A DNA stretch of 60,371 nucleotides, from contig JBNKBE010000030.1 in assembly GCA_050287085.1 (NCBI GenBank), positions 1 to 60,371 of the forward strand, given 5' to 3'. Origin of the DNA: Polyangiaceae bacterium (GTDB lineage: Bacteria > Myxococcota_A > Polyangia > Polyangiales > Polyangiaceae). Position numbers and translations under genes: made by a program. Shown here piece after piece: positions 28,945 to 38,549 of this stretch (within the stretch, counting starts at the first letter, position 1; each line of letters begins with the position of its first letter). Below the pieces are notes generated by a model. That model did no database searches. It saw only the letters and a program-made list of their open reading frames with translations, and was not told where the DNA came from.

Positions 28945-30283
28945 GCGCCAGGGCGGCGAGCACGGTCCCCAAGGCGACGAGCATCACCGCCCACGCGAGC
29001 CACTGGCTCGTCACGTAATACGCGGACTTTCGGAGTAGCCAGGTGCGTTGTTCACTATCGCCTTGAAAACCGCACGCCTGCGAGTAGGCGAGGGCATTCC
29101 AAAGGAACGGGATCTGATACCAACGCGCCAGTAGGGCTACCGGCAGGAGCCCGAGTACGAACAAGGACAGGGACCGCCACGCGCCGACGTCGAGCCGCTC
29201 CAGGCGGGACCAGGCTTTCCCACCCGCATCGAGTGCGAGGCGAACCAACACCATACACGGCAAGATCAGGATGAAGGCGTAGTGCTGCCAAATCCAGGGA
29301 TTGATAAACGGTGCCAAGACACAGCACGCGGCGTAGCCGATGTCGAATGTGCGCCGGCCCGGTGCGGCCTTGAGGGCCGATTGCGCGAGCCACAGCGTGC
29401 CCACGAGCAGCACCAGGCAAGCTGCGACCGTAATGGTCGAGAGCGCGGCGTCCGAAAGCGTAGTGCGTCCGCAGGTAGGCCCCAGCGCCCTTCGCAATAC
29501 GCCGTGCAGGCTTGCATTGCGCACGCTCCAAATCCAACGCGCGGCGATGTCCTTCTGCTGCGCGAAGAATAGTGGCCAAGCCTCGAGCCCGAATCGCGCG
29601 GTCATGACCACAGAGGTCACGCTGAAAGTTGCCACCGCGCCGAGCACTACTCGAAAGCGCCCGCGCAGCAGCAACCACAACACGATGACGCCGGGGAACG
29701 GTTTGAGCGTGCAGGCGGCGCCGAGCAAGAGCCCTCCGATGCCGTCGCGATTGCGTCGCAATTGGTGCCAGGCGCTCACCAGCAGAAACGCGATCCAGAT
29801 CGAGAGCTGGATGACGCGGGCGTGCTCGAACGCTGGTGGGGAGTCCTGAACGAAGCCGAACACGAACAGCGTTGTCGCGTAGGGGTAGGGCAGGCGCAGC
29901 TGAAAGACCGCTGTCGCGACGAGCGCAAGTGTCAGGGCGACGCTCAGGATGCCGACGATCTGCGCCATCGTGGCATGGTCGAAGCGCGCGAGCGGAAGAA
30001 ACCAAAATGATGTGGTCGGTGGATGGCCGAAGCCGCGGACGCCGATCGCGCGCAGGCCCTCAGGCGAGTACGGGGACTTGCCCTGCCAGAACAGACGGGC
30101 CGCGCCCCAGTCCACGGCGGCATCGCCGCGACCTGTCTTGCTCCAGTCCGTATGGGCAAAGTGATCCAAGCCGTCCAGCAACCACGTGCCGCCGTACCAA
30201 CAGAGCACGGCTGCCAGCAGTAGGCCTAACGCCCTCGGAGTAGGTGCCCAGAGCTCGCGGTCTTGCCATCGCACGGAGGCCAT
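28898..30283 (-). CDS. GT87-family (DUF2029) membrane glycosyltransferase
   Basis: DW.AARLFWQGKSPY, FGHPPT, Q motif, LKPFP, NASLHG, PWIWQHY; multiple TMs. Confidence 0.8.
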   Translation of the reverse strand: MASVRWQDRELWAPTPRALGLLLAAVLCWYGGTWLLDGLDHFAHTDWSKTGRGDAAVDWGAARLFWQGKSPYSPEGLRAIGVRGFGHPPTTSFWFLPLARFDHATMAQIVGILSVALTLALVATAVFQLRLPYPYATTLFVFGFVQDSPPAFEHARVIQLSIWIAFLLVSAWHQLRRNRDGIGGLLLGAACTLKPFPGVIVLWLLLRGRFRVVLGAVATFSVTSVVMTARFGLEAWPLFFAQQKDIAARWIWSVRNASLHGVLRRALGPTCGRTTLSDAALSTITVAACLVLLVGTLWLAQSALKAAPGRRTFDIGYAACCVLAPFINPWIWQHYAFILILPCMVLVRLALDAGGKAWSRLERLDVGAWRSLSLFVLGLLPVALLARWYQIPFLWNALAYSQACGFQGDSEQRTWLLRKSAYYVTSQWLAWAVMLVALGTVLAALALKARRSAGAQTPPPR

Positions 30284-30472
30284 GACGCGCGTGTATACGC
30301 GCGCGCGCGTTTTGGCTATGCCTTTTACCCGGTGCTATGGGGGCAGACAGGGCGGCTGTCTGCTCGGCGGCGTTTGTGGCCCCGCCGAGCGAAAGTGTTG
30401 GCGCGCTCGTTGCTGAGCCAAGTGGCAGGGGCATGCCGCCATGCACCTCCGATCAAAGTTTCCGCGCGCCCT

Positions 30473-32467
30473 TCAGCTAACCCCAGCCAGCGCGGGGAGT
30501 GCTATCCCTTGTCGGACACGTTCCAGGCGGGACTTGACTGCGGGGCGTTGCAAATACCTGGGCAGGAAGGGCGCCGGGACGATCACTCCGCGGCTCTGCA
30601 GTTCGTGTATGATGGGAAGATGTGCAAGGGCCACCTTGCCTAGGAATAAGGGGGCCAGTTCACCGCCCTCACGCAGGTATCCGAGCAGGCTGATCAAACC
30701 GCGGAGATAGATCATGTCCTTGGTGAGGCCTCCGCCACGGAAGACGCGCAGCACGACGCTGAACGCCGTACGTCGCGAAAAGCCGTAGCGGCATAGCAGA
30801 CGAAATACTTCCACGAAGCTGCCCCCTCGCAGCAAGGCATCCACCGCGAGAACGCGTGCGGCGAGCACGCGCAGTCGCGGTGGGGTCATGCCACCGGCGA
30901 GAAATTCCGCCAGTACCGCTAGACCCTCTTGCAGTTCATCGTAGCCGGCTAGGCCGGTCGAGAGCTGTTGCAGGCGTTGGGCCTTGCCGTTGTAGTAGGT
31001 GACCAGGTGCGTGCCCACTTCGTGCTGCAGCAAGGCGTCCACGCGAGAGGCAGTGCAGCGGTGGTGGCGTGACACCAATAGTTTGCCCTGAGATGCCATC
31101 ATGCCAGCCGGGAAGTCATCGAGCAGAACCACCGTGCCGGCGAAGCCTGACGCTTGATCGCGATAGGCGCCGAGCTCCGCTTCGGCGAAGCGACAGAACT
31201 GGACTGCGTCCACCGTTCCCCCTCCGCTGCCAGTCCGGGCGTTGTTGGGCACCCGTTCGAGGATGTCTTCGGCGGCCCGTACGAGCTCCGGAGTGCACGG
31301 ACCGTACAGCTGCTGACTCATGAGTACGAAGCGGTGGGTGCCGCGATCCGTTAGCATCGTCAGCTGTCGCTCGAGTTCTGCTTGCCGTTCGAGAAATAGG
31401 TTTGCCACAACCGGATCCTCGATCCGTTCGAGTGGCACCTTGTACAACTCGCGCTTGAGCAAGACAGGATCGATCGGAAGCGGACGGTAGCGCAGCTCCG
31501 GCGCTCGCTCGTAGCGGCTCTTGCGGAACGCGTTCCATGCGCCCTGGGAGTTGAAAGGGTTGATGGCCAGCAAAAAGTCGAAGCTACCCGTGAGCTCTGC
31601 GAGCTTTGCGTCCGCCTGCCAAACGCTGCGGACAAGCGCTCGCGGTCCGAGGGATAAGACGCTCCGTGCGGGATGGGTCGTTTGCGCCTTGATGAAAGCA
31701 AAGGCCGCATGTCGAAGCGAGCGCGCAAAGCGGGTGCGCAGCTGTCGCAGCAAGGCCGGGAAGATCTGCTCGCCGTCTTCCGTTCGGTAGATCGGCGACA
31801 CTTCCACGCCCAGCCAACTGCCGCCGCGCGCCGCCACCTCTCTTGGCAACATGAGGGGGCGGTGGGTCGCGCTGAGCAGGCTCAGGCGCGGCAGAGCCTG
31901 CACCTGTACCTTTCTTCCGCTCAGGCGCACGGTCGCGAGGGCCGACTCGAAGGCGTCAGCCGTGAGTCGGGCCTTGGGAGTGCCACCTTCGACCAACCTG
32001 AAGCGCAACGGAGATGTCTCGTTTGCGGGGCCGCTGGCCCACACTTCGACGAGCAGGCAGCCTCCGAAGTGGGTTTGCATCAGCGTGAGCAGTTCCGAGA
32101 CGAGCTCGCGTGCGAGCTTGCGGTTTGTGCGGCCAGCTTTCACGACGAGATGCACCGCTTCGCCGAAGATCAGCTGTTCCGTCCCGAGGTCGTCCGCGTC
32201 GTCTGGCTGAGCATAGACGCAGACGAAAGGCAAAGGACGATCGACGTGCAAGCGCGACCCTTCACCGAATTTTGCGGCTAGGGGCTTGGCTTCTTTGAAC
32301 TGGGCTTCGACCGCGGCCCGCAGCGTCGCGCGCGTCAGCGAATCACTGAAATGCGGGTGCGCTGGATGTGTAGCTTCAGACGGCGCCGCGTGGGCCTGTG
32401 CTGGTTCGGACTGCGCTGCAGGCGAGCGTGATGACCTTGACTGTGGGTCGGCGGACTCAGCAGTCAT
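30473..32467 (-). CDS. QEGLA-motif protein (DUF1704 / MATCAP-like gluzincin metallocarboxypeptidase)
   Basis: HEVGTH, ELQEGLAV, RVFRGGGLTKD.IYLRG. Confidence 0.9.
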   Translation of the reverse strand: MTAESADPQSRSSRSPAAQSEPAQAHAAPSEATHPAHPHFSDSLTRATLRAAVEAQFKEAKPLAAKFGEGSRLHVDRPLPFVCVYAQPDDADDLGTEQLIFGEAVHLVVKAGRTNRKLARELVSELLTLMQTHFGGCLLVEVWASGPANETSPLRFRLVEGGTPKARLTADAFESALATVRLSGRKVQVQALPRLSLLSATHRPLMLPREVAARGGSWLGVEVSPIYRTEDGEQIFPALLRQLRTRFARSLRHAAFAFIKAQTTHPARSVLSLGPRALVRSVWQADAKLAELTGSFDFLLAINPFNSQGAWNAFRKSRYERAPELRYRPLPIDPVLLKRELYKVPLERIEDPVVANLFLERQAELERQLTMLTDRGTHRFVLMSQQLYGPCTPELVRAAEDILERVPNNARTGSGGGTVDAVQFCRFAEAELGAYRDQASGFAGTVVLLDDFPAGMMASQGKLLVSRHHRCTASRVDALLQHEVGTHLVTYYNGKAQRLQQLSTGLAGYDELQEGLAVLAEFLAGGMTPPRLRVLAARVLAVDALLRGGSFVEVFRLLCRYGFSRRTAFSVVLRVFRGGGLTKDMIYLRGLISLLGYLREGGELAPLFLGKVALAHLPIIHELQSRGVIVPAPFLPRYLQRPAVKSRLERVRQGIALPALAGVS

Positions 32468-32564
32468 CGCTCACGCGGCTCGAAGCGGTTGAGTTTTCGC
32501 CTGTTCGCGCCGCGCCAGGCATGACGACATCGAGATGGGAACCTGCCAGAAACATGAGCTCAAT

Positions 32565-33611
32565 CTAAAGGGTGCACATATCGACGTTGTCGAAGTTTCG
32601 CCCGTAGAAGCCCATATAGCGCACCTTGCGTTCGAGGGCGTCGATTACCGTGCGTGAGAAGTTGATGTTGGTGAAGCGTTGAGCGCTGCCGAGCCCACCC
32701 GGAGAAAAGACGTTGATCTCCATCAGCTTGCTCCCAACGATATCCAATCCTACCAAGAACATGCCATCCTGCACCAACTTGGGGCGTACGATCTCGGCGA
32801 TGTGGAGCATCTCAGGGGTGATCTCCGCTTCGGCAATGGTGCCGCCGGCGTGCACATTGCTGCGCATGTCGCCGCCGGCGCGCTGCCGTCGAAAGGCGGC
32901 GTATTTGCCCTTTACCTGAAGCGGGCGACCGTTCATCATAAACAGACGCGTGTCCCCGCTTTGCGCGGCCGGCAGGTACTCCTGAGCGATGACAAATCCG
33001 TCACGGCTCACCGCGTCGATCATCTGATTGAGATTGGGCACGTCGTCTGGGCGCACCAGAAATACGTTGGCGCCGCCTGAGCCTTGCAGTGGCTTGAGCA
33101 CGATGGTGCCCCCCTGATCGCGGACGAAGTGCTTGATCTCCGATGCGTCCCGGGTGATCAGCGTCTTGGGGCGCACCTCTTCCGGGAAGAGCTGAAAGTA
33201 GATCTTGCTGACAGCCTTCGACAATCCGTTGGGGTCGTTGACGACAATCACACCTTCTCGCATCGCGGCGCGTCCAAATTCACTGGCAACCGTCGCGGCC
33301 CAGGGGCGTGAGTTAACGTCGTCCGAAGGGACATTTCTCAGCATCAGCACGTCTAGGGTGTTGATTGAAACGCGCTCGCGAACGGCATTCTTGCCTTGCA
33401 GGTCCGCCAGGAACGAAGCCCCGTCCTTGTATCGCCTACGGGGGACCGCAACACCTCGGGCGCGCACTCGATCGTCAGGGTCGAAAGCCAGGTCGCCTAC
33501 GCCGAAGTGCCACGCTTGGTGTCCGGCGTTGACCGCGGCCATCGCTAGTCGGGTCGTGGTGTAGCTCGCCTGTTCGGTCTTGACGTCGTTGACTACGAAT
33601 CCGATCTTCAT
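32565..33611 (-). CDS. gshB: Glutathione synthetase-like ATP-grasp ligase
   Basis: VVNDPNGL, KPLQGSGG.NVF, AQEYLPA...GDTR, RSNVHAGG, VGLDIVG..LMEINVFSPGG. The true substrate may not be glutathione. Confidence 0.85.
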   Translation of the reverse strand: MKIGFVVNDVKTEQASYTTTRLAMAAVNAGHQAWHFGVGDLAFDPDDRVRARGVAVPRRRYKDGASFLADLQGKNAVRERVSINTLDVLMLRNVPSDDVNSRPWAATVASEFGRAAMREGVIVVNDPNGLSKAVSKIYFQLFPEEVRPKTLITRDASEIKHFVRDQGGTIVLKPLQGSGGANVFLVRPDDVPNLNQMIDAVSRDGFVIAQEYLPAAQSGDTRLFMMNGRPLQVKGKYAAFRRQRAGGDMRSNVHAGGTIAEAEITPEMLHIAEIVRPKLVQDGMFLVGLDIVGSKLMEINVFSPGGLGSAQRFTNINFSRTVIDALERKVRYMGFYGRNFDNVDMCTL

Positions 33612-33646
33612 GTGCTCACTCCTCTCGCTCGTTTTGGCGAAGGGGT

Positions 33647-34561
33647 CTAGGTCTCGTTGTGTACATCCTCGATGGCGGCTTTGCCATCGTTTGCGGGGAC
33701 TCCGGGCGCACAGATCTCCTGCAGCGCCCTCAAGGTGGGTTCAACGGTGGCGCGAAGCGCGTCACCCAGGGCTGTTAGGTGCGCCCTATCCACCTCGCCG
33801 CTCCACTCGTCCATGAAGGTCTTCTTACATTCGACCGCCAGGGCGACGCCCTGCTTCGGGTAGTGGGTTCTGACCCACTGGGGCAGGTAGCCACCTCGAA
33901 ATTTCACGTTCTCACGGACATCGACGTTGGGGCCCGAAATGGGTTGGCGCCGCAAGGCTGCCATGAAGGTGCTGGCCACTGTTCCAAACCTATCACCGTC
34001 GAGCCAGGCGGTTCCAAGGTTGACTTCAGGATTGAGCTCGACGGGGTCGCAGCCCGCTAGCGGACCCCCTCGTCGATGGTTGTACGAGTGCAAGTCGTAC
34101 AACAAGAAGTAGCCATGGCGAGCCACCACCTTGTCCAGAACCTGTCGCAGCGCTGCGTAGAAGGCGTCGTGTTCGGCACGCGAGCGTTCAACCACGTCGG
34201 CGGGTGGCGGGGTGTCGTAGAGGCGGAGTCCCCAGCAATCGTCTGGGGATAGGTACACAGCCCGTTCCGGTGGGCGATTCATGTCCACCTCAAAACGAGA
34301 GCGGTGGACGATGACGCGCGTTTCTGCGAGATTCGTCAAGTGGTCGGTGTAGGGGTCTTCTTCGCGCAGGCGATCGGCTGCGGGCAGCACCATGTGGCGG
34401 ACTACTTCTGAACGGACCTCGTGCCCACAGTGAATGGCTGTTGCCACCACCGCTGAATCACCGCAGTGCATGCTGAAACCGCAGTGCATGCTAGAAACAG
34501 CACCGTCACTTTGGGGCTCCTTGACCCCCAGCCCATTTGGCTCCGCTGCCACGTTTGACAC
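33647..34561 (-). CDS. N-formylglutamate amidohydrolase family protein
   Basis: TAIHCGH, REEDPYTD, SRFEVDMNR, YDLHSYN, NVKFRGGY, LAVECKK. Confidence 0.9.
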   Translation of the reverse strand: MSNVAAEPNGLGVKEPQSDGAVSSMHCGFSMHCGDSAVVATAIHCGHEVRSEVVRHMVLPAADRLREEDPYTDHLTNLAETRVIVHRSRFEVDMNRPPERAVYLSPDDCWGLRLYDTPPPADVVERSRAEHDAFYAALRQVLDKVVARHGYFLLYDLHSYNHRRGGPLAGCDPVELNPEVNLGTAWLDGDRFGTVASTFMAALRRQPISGPNVDVRENVKFRGGYLPQWVRTHYPKQGVALAVECKKTFMDEWSGEVDRAHLTALGDALRATVEPTLRALQEICAPGVPANDGKAAIEDVHNET

Positions 34562-34927
34562 AAGCTTCTGCTCCCGTCTGCGCGATCTGGACGCTTGGCG
34601 GAGGCGGCCTTGGGCTGGCCTCTGGCTTTTGCGGCTCCCGCCAGGTCTGCACCTGCGGGGCGCGGGTGTCTAGCTCTGCCGCATCGCCTGAGCAAGGCAA
34701 ATTCAAATGGGGTCATGCGTTTTTCGGCAACTTGCTCCTCGTGCCGACTCAGCTCCGGCAATGGCCACGGCTTTTCCGCTTCGGGCAAGAGTGAGAGCCA
34801 CGCCCACCTGGGTACTGCGAGCCTGAGTCGGGCGCACTCTGGCTCCGGTTTTGACTTCGGTGCGTTGACAGCCGGCGCGCGAGGCGGCTACGCCCGCGCG
34901 GCGTCTTCTGCTACGTCGGATCGACTG

Positions 34928-36151
34928 ATGATTCCGCCTTCATCACAGGTGCTCCTGGGGGTCTTATGCCTGCTCGTCATAGCGGGCGCGGTCGAGTATT
35001 ACGTGCTGGCGCGTGCGCGTGCGCAGATCCCTATCCGGATCCACGTCAACGGTACCCGTGGCAAGTCGAGCGTTACGCGCTTGATCGCCGCGGCGCTCCG
35101 CGAAGCCGGCGTGTCGACCTTTGCCAAGACCACCGGGACGTTGCCTCGGATGATCTACCCAAGTGGGAAAGAAGTGCCCGTGTTTCGGGCGGCCAAGGCA
35201 AACATCATCGAGCAGCAGCGCATCATGCGCATTGCGGCTGAGCAAGGAGTCCAAGCCATAGTGCTGGAGTGCATGGCACTTCAGCCATTGCTTCAGTCGC
35301 TCAGCGAGCTTCGAATCGTACGTTCAACCCATACGGTGATCACCAATACACGTCCGGATCATCTCGATGTCATGGGCCCCTCGGAAAGCGATGTGGCGCG
35401 CGCCCTGGCCGGCATGATAGGTGTGCGAGGAACCCTGTTCACCGCAGAACAGCAGCACTTGCCGATTCTGCGCGCGGCGGCTGAGGATCGCAGGTCCAAA
35501 GTGGTGGCGGTGGGCGACGAAGAATTCGAGAGTATCTCGAGCGATGTGCTCGGCGCGTTTTCCTACACCGAGCATGCCGAAAATGTCGCCTTGGTGCTCA
35601 GCGTTACCCGTGCCTTGGACATTCCGGATGAGGTTGCCATTGCTGGCATGCACAAGGCCAAGCCCGATCCGGGAGCCATGACTCGGCACGAGCTGGCTTT
35701 TTTTGGTCGTCGGATGGTGTTCTACAACGGCTTTGCCGCCAACGACCCGGTTTCTACCGGGCGCCTATGGCACCTCGTTTTGGAGCGCAACGAGGAATTC
35801 GAGTGCAGCGTGGCCATCTTCAATTGCCGAGCAGACCGAGCAGACCGCAGCGCGCAGCTCGCCGAAGCGTTGGTTTCCTGGCGGAGGCCGACGTGGGTGG
35901 TGGTGATGGGTACTGGGACGCACGTCTTTGCGCGTTTCGCAGGCAAAGCTGGCTTCGATACGGAACGTATCGTATTTGCCGAGGGGCTTCGCGTTGAGGA
36001 AATCTTCGAACGCCTAGTCGAGATTGCGGGTAGGCGCGCTGTGCTGATGGGCATGGGCAATATTGGAGGTCAGGGGTTGGACCTCGCTCGCTACTTCAAA
36101 AATCGGGAAATTGTGGAAGTGGTGGACGAACCTGGCGCAAGCGCGTCGTGA
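34928..36151 (+). CDS. pgsB: Poly-gamma-glutamate synthase PgsB/CapB
   Basis: IPIRIHVNGTRGKSSVTRL, AKTTGT, ECMALQP, ITNTRPDHLDVMGP, FAANDP, RADRADRS, GMGNIGG. Confidence 0.95.
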   Translation: MIPPSSQVLLGVLCLLVIAGAVEYYVLARARAQIPIRIHVNGTRGKSSVTRLIAAALREAGVSTFAKTTGTLPRMIYPSGKEVPVFRAAKANIIEQQRIMRIAAEQGVQAIVLECMALQPLLQSLSELRIVRSTHTVITNTRPDHLDVMGPSESDVARALAGMIGVRGTLFTAEQQHLPILRAAAEDRRSKVVAVGDEEFESISSDVLGAFSYTEHAENVALVLSVTRALDIPDEVAIAGMHKAKPDPGAMTRHELAFFGRRMVFYNGFAANDPVSTGRLWHLVLERNEEFECSVAIFNCRADRADRSAQLAEALVSWRRPTWVVVMGTGTHVFARFAGKAGFDTERIVFAEGLRVEEIFERLVEIAGRRAVLMGMGNIGGQGLDLARYFKNREIVEVVDEPGASAS

Positions 36152-36161
36152 AAGCTTTCAG

Positions 36162-36614
36162 ATGTTAGATCAACTCTCACTGTCGGTCGGTCTTGGCCTT
36201 GCTGTCAGCGTACTCTTCAGCGAAACGTTCGGCATTGCGGCGGGCGGAATGATTGTGCCCGGGTATTTGGCCCTGCATTTGGATCGCCCAATGACTTTGA
36301 TTCTGACGGCGGTGGCTTCATTGGTTACGTTTGGCATCGTCCGAGGAATATCGCTATTTACGATCATCTACGGGCGGCGGCGTACCGTATTGATGATCCT
36401 CACCGGATTCATCGTGGGCGGGGTCGTCACGCAGCTATCGCCGGACGTCGTTGGCGGCGAGTCCGCGGAGGTCATCGGCTACATCATTCCCGGCTTGATC
36501 GCCATCTGGCTCGAACGTCAGGGTGTGCTCGAGACCTTGGCTTCCGCCACCACGGCGGCCATCTTGGTGCGCCTCGTGCTAATTCTATTGGGCGGCGCAG
36601 GGGTGATAGCGTGA
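36162..36614 (+). CDS. pgsC: Poly-gamma-glutamate biosynthesis protein PgsC/CapC
   Basis: AGGMIVPGYLAL, IYGRRR, IGYIIPGLIA..RQG. Confidence 0.95.
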   Translation: MLDQLSLSVGLGLAVSVLFSETFGIAAGGMIVPGYLALHLDRPMTLILTAVASLVTFGIVRGISLFTIIYGRRRTVLMILTGFIVGGVVTQLSPDVVGGESAEVIGYIIPGLIAIWLERQGVLETLASATTAAILVRLVLILLGGAGVIA

Positions 36615-37723
36615 AGAAGCTCTACTGGCGGCCATCCGGCGTTTCCCGGGTGGAGCTGGCGCTGATCGCCGTCGTGGCGATCGTGGCGCTGGTCAGTGTG
36701 GAAAACCTGCCTCGCGTTCGGCGGCAATCACACTTCTCCGATAAGCTGGCAGCGGCCAGGCTGGCGGAGAGCTGCATGCTCACCATCAAGGAGGAAAAGA
36801 TCCGGCGGGGGATCGTTATCGATCCCGAAACGGATCCGAATCATACCGGCATGGTCGGCAATGTCGTCACGCCCATCACCTCCAACACCGGGCATCTTCC
36901 TGCCAAGCTGCTTTCCACCAACCCGAATTTCGCCGCGGTATTGGTGGCGATGCTCAAGCGCGCAGGCGTGGAGAAGGGCAGCGTGGTGGCGGTTGGGTTA
37001 TCGGGAAGCTTCCCGGCGCTCAACGTGGCCACGTATAGCGCACTGCAAACGCTGCGGGCACGCCCGGTCATCATTGCAAGCGTCGCTTCTTCGGAATGGG
37101 GCGCGACCGATCCGACCTACACCTGGCTCGACATGGAAGAGACGTTGTTCAATCGACGATTGATCTCGTTTCGGGCCGTCGCAGCCTCGCGTGGCGGGAT
37201 CGACGATCGCGGGCTTGGCATTTCTCGTCAAGGGCGGGCATTGTTGGATGCCGCAGTGGAACGCGCTGGGATCCGGAAGCTCGAGCCGCACTCTTTGGAG
37301 GAGGCGATCTCAACGCGTATGAATCTGTACTACGAGTACGCGAAAGACGACAGAGTTGCCGCCTACATCAACGTTGGAGGCGGAAGCGCTTCTGTCGGGA
37401 CCTTCGTTGGTAAGAAGCTCTACGAACCCGGGCTCAACACATCAGCGCCTCGCGGTGCTACGGATTCGGTGATGACACGCTTCGTTCAGGAGGGTGTTCC
37501 CATTATCCACATGTCCAGCATTCTGCGCATTGCCCAGCGCTACGGACTTGCCACCGAACCCGGAGGCGCCACGGCACCGGGGCAAGGTGGCGTTTACGCG
37601 CGGGTGGAGTACAATCCTTGGTACGCGGGCGTGGCCATTGTGGTCATTCTGGGCACGATGGTGCTTTTCCTACGTCTGGATGTTGGCCGCAATCTATTGG
37701 GCAGCACACGCGGCAAGAGCTGA
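36611..37723 (+). CDS. pgsw: Poly-gamma-glutamate system protein (PgsW-type)
   Basis: DPNHTGMVG..ITSNTG.L.AK..TNPNFAA, SGSFPALN, SSEWGA, YINVGG; GTGA-type overlap with pgsC. Confidence 0.85.
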   Translation: MKKLYWRPSGVSRVELALIAVVAIVALVSVENLPRVRRQSHFSDKLAAARLAESCMLTIKEEKIRRGIVIDPETDPNHTGMVGNVVTPITSNTGHLPAKLLSTNPNFAAVLVAMLKRAGVEKGSVVAVGLSGSFPALNVATYSALQTLRARPVIIASVASSEWGATDPTYTWLDMEETLFNRRLISFRAVAASRGGIDDRGLGISRQGRALLDAAVERAGIRKLEPHSLEEAISTRMNLYYEYAKDDRVAAYINVGGGSASVGTFVGKKLYEPGLNTSAPRGATDSVMTRFVQEGVPIIHMSSILRIAQRYGLATEPGGATAPGQGGVYARVEYNPWYAGVAIVVILGTMVLFLRLDVGRNLLGSTRGKS

Positions 37724-37732
37724 TGAGCTGCC

Positions 37733-38386
37733 TCAGTCCATGAGCTGCGAGAGCAGCGAACCAACACCGCTTCGCAAGCTGCTCGCCGCCTCCAATAGAC
37801 TTTCGGGCTCGACGCATACTCCAGCAACGAAGGAGCCCACCCCGACGCGCGCGCAATACTCCGGGTGGTTGTCTTGGTCCGCGTCCCGGGTACCGAGGCT
37901 GAACTCACCCCCCACGGACGCAGACAACCCGGCGGTCACGCTATTCCCGGATGCGCTCAAGGTACTTTCCACGGTGAGCGCGCGAAAGCTTGCGCCCACG
38001 TTGATTCCTTTGCTGCCGTCAGCGTTCCGGGTCCCGACATGAACACCCGCTTCCAGCGCCCGCACTTCCACGTCCAGCGTGGCACTAATTTCTGCGCGGG
38101 CGACGGCGGCTCGGAGTTCGCTTTGGGCACCCAGTTGGGCAGAGGTCGAAGGCCTTTCGATATGCCCACCGGTGAGCGCACGAGGGGCGTCTGCGGCGCT
38201 ATGCCGGGTAACCAAGGTGCGTGTGCCGCGAGACGCAGCCGTGTGATTCTTGGGGCCGGAGCTGGAGCCGGACTTCGGCCGAATGCCTTTGCGCTTTGAA
38301 GCTGCGGAGGGCTCATGCCCTTCGTGAACTGGACGGCCAAAAGAGGAGGCTCGGTGGGCGGTGGTTTGCCTGATGGGATGAGTCAT
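37733..38386 (-). CDS. Hypothetical protein with a Gly/Ala/Ser-rich beta-strand C-terminal region
   Basis: Open ORF with a GAAGGCAGG purine tract before ATG 38386; no family recognised. Confidence 0.5.
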   Translation of the reverse strand: MTHPIRQTTAHRASSFGRPVHEGHEPSAASKRKGIRPKSGSSSGPKNHTAASRGTRTLVTRHSAADAPRALTGGHIERPSTSAQLGAQSELRAAVARAEISATLDVEVRALEAGVHVGTRNADGSKGINVGASFRALTVESTLSASGNSVTAGLSASVGGEFSLGTRDADQDNHPEYCARVGVGSFVAGVCVEPESLLEAASSLRSGVGSLLSQLMD

Positions 38387-38457
38387 ACCTGCCTTCTCGG
38401 ACGCGGCCGTCGTCAGTTGCGGACATAGTGTGCTTCGGGCCCACCTCGCGGCGGCTT

Positions 38458-38515
38458 GACCCGGCTCGCGATCGACCCGGCTTGCGATCGACCCGGCTTG
38501 CGATCGACCCTGGCT
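38458..38515. repeat. 16-bp tandem repeat, about 3.5 copies, in a divergent intergenic region
   Basis: GACCCGGCT(C/T)GCGATC at 38458, 38474 and 38490, plus partial GACCCTGGCT. Confidence 0.9.
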
Positions 38516-38549
38516 GGCCATGCCGGAACCAGGGGTCTATCATGTCGCG

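Noticed and set aside
34460..34495. 18-bp duplication encoding SMHCG twice in the amidohydrolase N-terminus
   Set aside because: A small in-frame slippage in a poorly conserved leader, with no evidence of function.
27871..38515. Tandem repeats at 27871 and 38458 as CRISPR arrays
   Set aside because: The units are contiguous with no unique spacers and are unrelated to the array repeat.
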